From IMG/VR virus record IMGVR_UViG_3300017778_003242, positions 1 through 15,283 of that record: a stretch of DNA of 15,283 nt. One strand, given 5' to 3'. The position numbers and the translations under genes were made by a program. The notes under the pieces were generated by a model. It did no database searches and was not told the origin of the DNA. It worked only from the letters and a program-made list of their open reading frames with translations. Shown piece after piece: positions 7,812 through 13,184 of the stretch; the stretch's first letter is position 1, and each line of letters starts with the position of its first letter. Source of the stretch: a virus (taxonomy: Duplodnaviria; Heunggongvirae; Uroviricota; Caudoviricetes).

Positions 7812-8474
7812 ATGAACACCCTCCATATTTCCACTGCGGGGCCGGAAGTCGCTTCCGCTCTTGCCGTACTCGGTGCGTCGCAACCGAACGCCGAATTCAC
7901 TCTCACGATCAACGGCGGCAATCTCGCCGCTCTTCTCGCCGGTGCCGCCATTGCCGGTGCGCCCGCTGTGGTTAACGCCCCGATGACTGCGGTCGCCCCT
8001 GTCTTCACCAAGCCCGCTGTTGTCGCGCCGACGACTGAAGGCGTCCTGCCGGGTTCCATGTCCGTCGAGATGGGCAAGCGCATCCGTCGCACGAAGGAAG
8101 AAAACGCCGCTGGCCTGACCATCGAAGAAGCCGAAGCGTTCCGCGCGTCCGGCCAGACCGATGCCATGGCGTTCAAGGCGGCGCTCGATGGCAATGCCCC
8201 GTCGTCTGAAGCGGCTGATGCCACCGGCGGCGTAGTCGCTACGGCCCCCACCTCGGCTCCGGAAGCCCCGGCACCGACTTCGACCGTCACTGAATCCGGC
8301 CCGGTCACCGAAGCTGATCTGCGCACCGCCGCAGCGGCGGCTGTCGGCGCTGGCAAGAAAGCCGAAGTCATGAAGATCGCGACTGACGCTGGCGTGAAGA
8401 AGTGGAGCGAGCTGGACCCGTCCAAGTACGGCGAAGTCCTGACCGCTCTGACGGCGCTGATGGTCGTCGGCTAA
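7812..8474 (+). CDS. Hypothetical Ala/Pro/Thr-rich protein with a small helical C-terminal domain, of the type often found upstream of DUF2800 genes
   Basis: AAGGA SD. C-terminal VTEADLRTAA...G..AEV.KI....GVKKWSELDPSKYGEV pattern, low-complexity linker and a basic KRIRRTKEE patch. Confidence 0.85.
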   Translation: MNTLHISTAGPEVASALAVLGASQPNAEFTLTINGGNLAALLAGAAIAGAPAVVNAPMTAVAPVFTKPAVVAPTTEGVLPGSMSVEMGKRIRRTKEENAAGLTIEEAEAFRASGQTDAMAFKAALDGNAPSSEAADATGGVVATAPTSAPEAPAPTSTVTESGPVTEADLRTAAAAAVGAGKKAEVMKIATDAGVKKWSELDPSKYGEVLTALTALMVVG

Positions 8475-8492
8475 TTCTACCTGTTGCGCTCA

Positions 8493-8525
8493 GTTACACT
8501 ACAGGAATGGTTCCTGTAGTGTAAC
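8493..8525. repeat. Perfect 15-bp inverted repeat (hairpin/cruciform) with a 3-nt loop
   Basis: GTTACACTACAGGAA-TGG-TTCCTGTAGTGTAAC in an intergenic spacer, with no U-tract on either side. Confidence 0.95.
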
Positions 8526-8547
8526 CGCGCCCGCCAAGGAAATTCTC

Positions 8548-8826
8548 ATGCGTAAGCACAAAGACCACGTCAAAGTCGCTGGACCGTCTGGCAAGCGCCC
8601 GGACCGCTTCTTTGGCCAGACTGAAATGAACCCGGTCGGCTTCCTCCAGACGCGCGCCCATGTGCGCAAGCACTTCCACCAGCTCAAGGCGCAGATGCGG
8701 CGCATGGCTCGTAAGATCGACTACAACTGGCCGCTCGTCGGCGAGAAGTTCGACGACAAGGGCAATCGCATTCCGTTCCGTGTTCTGCACGAAACGAAAG
8801 GCTGGCAGTCGGCGAGGATCGCCTGA
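8548..8826 (+). CDS. Hypothetical basic protein, 92 aa
   Basis: AAGGA SD, TGATG overlap with the next gene, and a C-terminal LHETKGW motif of the kind seen in small phage proteins. Confidence 0.75.
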   Translation: MRKHKDHVKVAGPSGKRPDRFFGQTEMNPVGFLQTRAHVRKHFHQLKAQMRRMARKIDYNWPLVGEKFDDKGNRIPFRVLHETKGWQSARIA

Positions 8827-9038
8827 TGGAAGAGGTAGGCACAGCACTTGCAATAAGTCCTTCTGGGCGGCGCGTGCCTATCGCTTTCCTTCAGGTTGGC
8901 GATAAGGTTCGGGCGTACCGGATAAAGGACGGCCAATACGCCAACTGGGAAATCGCTGTTGGCATCAATTTCAATTCAAAAGCCGAAGCCGTCGAACATC
9001 TCGAACGCAAAGGCTGGTCCGTGGAGATCGACGAATGA
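8826..9038 (+). CDS. Hypothetical protein, 70 aa
   Basis: Coupled to both neighbours (TGATG at 8824-8828 and ATGA at 9035-9038). Confidence 0.75.
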   Translation: MEEVGTALAISPSGRRVPIAFLQVGDKVRAYRIKDGQYANWEIAVGINFNSKAEAVEHLERKGWSVEIDE

Positions 9039-9286
9039 GTCACGTGTCAGTCTGCAAGAACGTGATCGCCGCCAACAACAAGAGAGGTTGGGTTGATCCT
9101 GATCCTGCTATCCGCATCTCGAACACGAAGAGCGGCAAGGCGATCGCCCGCGGCCACACTGTCGCGATCAAGGACAAGGCTGGCAACATAGTTGCACGCA
9201 TCGTCACGACGCAGGACGGAACGCCTGTGATCAAATGCGGTGCCAAGGTCGGCATCATCACCGAGTACCCAGTCGAGGTTCTGTAA
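9035..9286 (+). CDS. Conserved phage hypothetical protein, 83 aa
   Basis: Pattern HV..NVI.AN.K.G...P.I......GHTV.I....G..VA.IV...D..P...CGAKV.I.T, which I recall as a widespread phage family. ATGA and TAATG overlaps at its ends. Confidence 0.8.
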   Translation: MSHVSVCKNVIAANNKRGWVDPDPAIRISNTKSGKAIARGHTVAIKDKAGNIVARIVTTQDGTPVIKCGAKVGIITEYPVEVL

Positions 9287-10755
9287 TGACTGCCCACGCA
9301 ATTCTCGGCGCGTCATCGTCTGAGCGCTGGATGAAGTGTGCGGCATCGGTCCCGATGTCCGCGCCATTCCCCAACACCACGTCGTCCTACGCTGCCGAAG
9401 GCACCGTTGCGCACATGGTCTGCGAAGAGGCCACCAAGGCTGGCAAGAAAGCCTCGGCCTTCATCGGTATGTGGGGTGACGGCTCTGAGGCTCACAAGGA
9501 TGAGCCCCTGTACGCCAAGCCGAAGAAGCGCACGAAGTTCGAATTCGAAGTCACAGACGAGATGGCCCGTGCTGTCCAAGTGTATCTTGACGCGATCAAT
9601 GCCAAGGTCTTCGAACTGGAGCTGATGGGCCACACCGTTCAAGTCGGCGTCGAGACGGGCTTCTCGCTCGCCAAGGCGATGGGCCGGGACGATATGTTCG
9701 GCACCAACGACACGTCGGTATTCGTGCCGAAGGTTTATCTCGGCGTGTTCGACTATAAACATGGCCGCGGAAAGGTCGTTGAAGTCGAGGACAATCCGCA
9801 GCTCAAATACTATGCTCTCGGCAAGCTGATCGAAGTGTGCTGGAATGACTTGCTCGGCGGCTTCGATGAAGACCTGATGCCGGAAGAAATCGAGCTGTTC
9901 GTCGGCCAGCCCCGTGCGCCTCACGCTGATGGCCCGGTGCGCCCGTGGAAGATCGACCCGACTGCACTGATCGAAGACTTTGTCGCTGAGCTGAAAGACG
10001 CTGCGACCAAAGTGGATGCGATGAACGCCATCCGCGATGTGGCTCTCGCTGCCAAGCAAGAGCCTGCTTACCCGGAGGACGCATTCGCCGTCGGTGACTG
10101 GTGCGGCTTCTGCAAGGCCAAGATCGTGTGTCCTGCATTCCGCAAGGAAGCGCAACGCGCTATGACGAGCAACTTCGCTGACGACGGTTTGTCTATCGAA
10201 GAGCTGGGCGATCTCGCGGCTGAAGCCACGAAAGACATGGTCACCAAGACCGGCAAGAACAAAGGCGCTCCGTCGGCCAAGCCGATCAACGAGTGGACGA
10301 GATCGAAGGCCAATGAGATGGCCAAGCTTGTCGCCCATACGAACAGCCCCGATACGATCAAGCGCCTCTTGAATGCTGCCGACCTGATCGAGCAATTCGC
10401 CAAGGCCGTTCGGCTTCAAGCGTACAACATGGTCAGCCAAGGCGTCGATCTGCCAGACTACAAACTGGTGCGTCAGGCGACCAAGCGTCGCTGGGCTGGC
10501 GACCAGTCCGAGATCGCTGATACTCTCGGCCTCTTCTTCGATGACGAGGAAGTCTTGTTCGAGCCGCGCAAGCTGAAAAGCTTCACGGATATCGAAGAGA
10601 TGAATCCGGAAGCGGCGAAGCTGGTCAAGGGGTTGACCGAACGTCCGGACGGTGCTCTTGTGCTGGTCAAATCGACCGACAAGCGCGAAGCCGTGAAGGC
10701 CTCCGCATCGGATGCTTTCGAAGGCGATGAACTGGATGTCACCGAGTTGGAATAA
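9286..10755 (+). CDS. DUF2800 family Cas4-like PD-(D/E)xK nuclease, 489 aa; start reassigned from 9235 to 9286
   Basis: HAILGASSSERWMKC, AAEGTVAH, VGVE...FGTND...VFDYKHGRG, NPQLKYYALG, QPR and the Fe-S-type WCGFCKAKIVC motif. TAATG overlap with a GAGGT SD at 9275-9279. Confidence 0.92.
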   Translation: MTAHAILGASSSERWMKCAASVPMSAPFPNTTSSYAAEGTVAHMVCEEATKAGKKASAFIGMWGDGSEAHKDEPLYAKPKKRTKFEFEVTDEMARAVQVYLDAINAKVFELELMGHTVQVGVETGFSLAKAMGRDDMFGTNDTSVFVPKVYLGVFDYKHGRGKVVEVEDNPQLKYYALGKLIEVCWNDLLGGFDEDLMPEEIELFVGQPRAPHADGPVRPWKIDPTALIEDFVAELKDAATKVDAMNAIRDVALAAKQEPAYPEDAFAVGDWCGFCKAKIVCPAFRKEAQRAMTSNFADDGLSIEELGDLAAEATKDMVTKTGKNKGAPSAKPINEWTRSKANEMAKLVAHTNSPDTIKRLLNAADLIEQFAKAVRLQAYNMVSQGVDLPDYKLVRQATKRRWAGDQSEIADTLGLFFDDEEVLFEPRKLKSFTDIEEMNPEAAKLVKGLTERPDGALVLVKSTDKREAVKASASDAFEGDELDVTELE

Positions 10756-11107
10756 CTGCGACGAACCCGAGAACCAACTGTGGAAGGCGAAGGTCTTCCG
10801 AATGTTGTGCGATGCCCTCGGATTTGTCGGCGCAGGCATGAAGGTCAAGGACAAGCACAAGTGCGTGACGGAAGCGCGCTTGTGGTTCTACGACAAGAAG
10901 TACAAAGGCGAGTTTGAAGCGACGTGTGAGGCCGCTGGATATGAGCCCGAACAGGTGCGAGCTGCGGCGCGCAAACTGATCATGGCGAAGCAGTCCGGCG
11001 ACCACTCCAATGTCCCCGATTACTGGCGCAAAGCATTCAAGGATGGACGTATGCCTTCCCTGACTGCCTATAATGCCGCACTTGCCAATTCGGAAGAAGA
11101 CGAGTAA
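10736..11107 (+). CDS. Hypothetical helical protein; start uncertain (10712, 10727 or 10736)
   Basis: Pattern E..LW.A.V..ML.DA...EARLWF...F...CEAAG.EP..VR, recalled from small phage proteins. It fills the gap between the nuclease and SSB genes on the coding strand. Confidence 0.75.
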   Translation: MSPSWNNCDEPENQLWKAKVFRMLCDALGFVGAGMKVKDKHKCVTEARLWFYDKKYKGEFEATCEAAGYEPEQVRAAARKLIMAKQSGDHSNVPDYWRKAFKDGRMPSLTAYNAALANSEEDE

Positions 11108-11168
11108 GAACTACCTATCGCTGTCCAATGTCGTTCAGCGAGCATCACTGCCAAGGAAGGCACAAACT

Positions 11169-11816
11169 ATGACTACGCAAACCAAACCCCTGAACGAAAT
11201 CGTCACGTCCCCCATCGTGACCGCATCTTTCATCAGCGTCGATAAGGCTCGTCCTGACGACAACGGTGTCCTGAAGTTCAGCTCCACCTTCATCTTCGAC
11301 CCGAAGAAGCTGTCGGCCTCCGATAAGAAGCGGCTCGCCGCCATGAAAGAGATCGCCAAGAAAACTCTCGTGGCGAAGTTCGGCCCGGAATGCCTCGACG
11401 CGAGCGGCAATCCGAAGGGGAACTCCAAGTGGCCGTTCCGCGACGCCGCTGACCTGTCGAAACACAAGGGCTTCGAAGCTGGGAAGATTTTCTTCCGCGC
11501 TTCCACCGAACAGAAGCCCTCGCTCGGCAAGTACGTCGTCGAGAACGGCGTCGCCAAGGTCGTTGACGTGGATGACACGTCGATGTTCTACAGCGGCGCT
11601 CAAGTCCAAGCCAAGCTGAACTGCTTCGCTTACGACGCCAAGGGCAACAAGGGCGTCAGCTTCGGCCTGCGCTCTCTCGCATTCATCCGTGACGGCGAAC
11701 GTCTCGGCGGCGGCAACGAGGACGCCTCGAAAGCGTTCTCCGGCGGCGCTGGCCTCGACGCTTCGGAACTCGGCTTCGAAGAAGCTGCGAACGAAGGCGG
11801 CGGCGGTCTGTTCTAG
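11169..11816 (+). CDS. DUF2815 family phage single-stranded DNA-binding protein (Enc34/APSE type), 215 aa; start reassigned from 11073 to 11169
   Basis: Motifs WPFRDA, FFRAST..KP, FYSGA.V.A.LN.FAY...GNKGVSFGL..L.FIRDGERLGG, and an acidic tail ending in Phe. Strong AAGGAAGG SD before ATG 11169. Confidence 0.92.
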   Translation: MTTQTKPLNEIVTSPIVTASFISVDKARPDDNGVLKFSSTFIFDPKKLSASDKKRLAAMKEIAKKTLVAKFGPECLDASGNPKGNSKWPFRDAADLSKHKGFEAGKIFFRASTEQKPSLGKYVVENGVAKVVDVDDTSMFYSGAQVQAKLNCFAYDAKGNKGVSFGLRSLAFIRDGERLGGGNEDASKAFSGGAGLDASELGFEEAANEGGGGLF

Positions 11817-11906
11817 GCATAAAGGCGGGTCGCTCCCGCAATCTCCAGCATGTAATGCCTCTGCCGTAAAGTTTCGGATACGCAGCGTGTTGGTGAGGGC
11901 AATGTG

Positions 11907-11941
11907 GGCCGGAGGGGTTGTTCCCTCCGGTCTTCGCTTTT
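11907..11941 (+). terminator. Putative intrinsic terminator or attenuator immediately upstream of the MazG-like gene
   Basis: GGCCGGAGGG-GTTGTT-CCCTCCGGTC (10 bp with one G-U), followed by an imperfect U-tract TTCGCTTTT. Confidence 0.55.
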
Positions 11942-11959
11942 AGTAGGAGGACCAGTCCG

Positions 11960-12613
11960 ATGAAGTTGAACGACTATCAGCGCGAGGCCAGTGGCACCGC
12001 TATCTATCCGGGGCGCATGAGCCCCCATGGCATGATGTACTGTGCCCTCAAGATGAACGGCGAATCGAGCGAGTTGCTGGATCACGTTTATGACGCGGTT
12101 ACGATCGAGAAATTCAAGCCCGGCGAAGTCGGCTTGCGTCCTGACCGCCTCCATCTAATCGTCAAGGAAGTCGGCGACGTGGCGTGGTATCTTGCGGCCA
12201 TGGCTGACGAACTCCAGACCAGCCTCCACGCCATCTACGGCGGCGAGCCTATACTGGTTGAAGACGGCGCGGGCACTCTCGCGCTGAACGCAATGAAGCT
12301 CGATTCATTCGTCGGCCAGATCGCCGAACAACTCGGCAAGGCGATGCGCGACGACGGCTACGGAATGGAATTCGATTACAAGCCCGGCGCGTTGCGTGTA
12401 GGCGAGAAGGGCAACGGCAAGTTCGCATCCGACAGCCTCACTGATCAGCGCCGTGCCGTGATCATTGAAAACATGCACGGAGCGATGAACTCGCTCGTCT
12501 TAATCTGCGGAGAGCTGGACACATCACTACAGCTCGCTCTGGAGATCAACATCAAAAAGCTCGCTGCCCGGAAAGCCAAGGGCACGCTGAGCGGATCAGG
12601 TGACAACCGTTGA
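11960..12613 (+). CDS. mazG: MazG-like (all-alpha NTP pyrophosphohydrolase) protein with an internal duplication, 217 aa; start reassigned from 11918 to 11960
   Basis: YQ..A..TAIYP, GESSE, KEVGDVAWY and C-terminal NI.KL..R..KG.LSGSGDNR. Perfect AGGAGG SD at 11945-11950. Confidence 0.88.
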   Translation: MKLNDYQREASGTAIYPGRMSPHGMMYCALKMNGESSELLDHVYDAVTIEKFKPGEVGLRPDRLHLIVKEVGDVAWYLAAMADELQTSLHAIYGGEPILVEDGAGTLALNAMKLDSFVGQIAEQLGKAMRDDGYGMEFDYKPGALRVGEKGNGKFASDSLTDQRRAVIIENMHGAMNSLVLICGELDTSLQLALEINIKKLAARKAKGTLSGSGDNR

Positions 12614-12897
12614 GCGCCCTTCATGAACTGATCGGACTTCGCGATGATCTCCACAAGATCATCATCGGTGACCTTCTCCAGCACAACAAGAACGTGGTCG
12701 TCCACGATCCGTCGCGCGCTGGCGATACTGTCACTTTCCTCGCCCATGAGACAACTCTGGACGGCGTCATCGAAACAATCGCGTACACCATCGGAAGCGG
12801 AGATTATTCGCTTGACCTGAAGATGGTGAACGGTATGATGGCGACCATCGAAGTGCGCTCATACGCGCCGGAAGTTTCACTTGAAGGACTTGTCTGA
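12610..12897 (+). CDS. Hypothetical protein, 95 aa, TTG start
   Basis: TTGA overlap with the mazG stop, AGGT SD, and TGATG overlap with the next gene. Confidence 0.75.
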   Translation: MSALHELIGLRDDLHKIIIGDLLQHNKNVVVHDPSRAGDTVTFLAHETTLDGVIETIAYTIGSGDYSLDLKMVNGMMATIEVRSYAPEVSLEGLV

Positions 12898-13184
12898 TGG
12901 AAGACGAAATCAACGTCGATGCAATCGCCCTGAACCTTGGCGACAACGCCAAGAAGGCATTGCAGAATACAGTCGCCCGGATCGAACGTGTCCAAGAGGA
13001 CATCGACGAACACAAGGCGGCGCAGAAAGACATCTACGCCGAAGCGAAGTCCATGGGCTATGACGTGAAGGCGCTCCGCAAGGTCGTCGCCCGTCGCAAG
13101 ATGGACCGCCAAGAACGCGAAGAAGCGGACGCCATTCTCGAAACATACGAGACGGCGATCAACGGTCTGGAAGGCCTTGTCTAA
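12897..13184 (+). CDS. gapR: GapR-like nucleoid-associated protein (DUF2312/UPF0335), 95 aa
   Basis: L...V.RIER...D......KDIYAEAKSMGYDVKALRKVV..RK.D...REE.DAILE.Y..AI matches the Caulobacter GapR family pattern. Confidence 0.92.
   Translation: MEDEINVDAIALNLGDNAKKALQNTVARIERVQEDIDEHKAAQKDIYAEAKSMGYDVKALRKVVARRKMDRQEREEADAILETYETAINGLEGLV

Noticed and set aside
9286-10755. Cas4-like nuclease as a sign of a CRISPR system
   Set aside because: There is no repeat-spacer array and no other cas gene. DUF2800 next to DUF2815 and PolA is a standard phage replication/recombination module.
9313-10860. 515-aa antisense ORF, and similar long shadow ORFs such as 6050..6916, 3057..4022, 7790..8425 and 14644..15234
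   Set aside because: They lie antisense to well-supported genes, lack motifs and SDs, and are expected from biased codon usage in GC-rich DNA.
11073-11168. ORF-track N-terminal extensions of the SSB (11073), MazG (11918) and DUF2800 (9235) genes
   Set aside because: Downstream ATGs have strong SDs or stop-start overlaps and coincide with where family similarity begins.
11825-11847. GCGGGTCGCTCCCGCAATCTCCA resembles a tRNA/tmRNA T-arm plus acceptor 3' end (possible attP)
   Set aside because: The loop is only 5 nt and lacks TTC, no matching acceptor 5' strand was found, and it lies inside an operon with no integrase nearby.
11840-11905. HDV-like (theta) or twister ribozyme reading of the pseudoknot
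   Set aside because: The conserved L3 pattern, P1.1 and catalytic cytosine before P2' (HDV-like) and the L4 loop sequence (twister) could not be placed.
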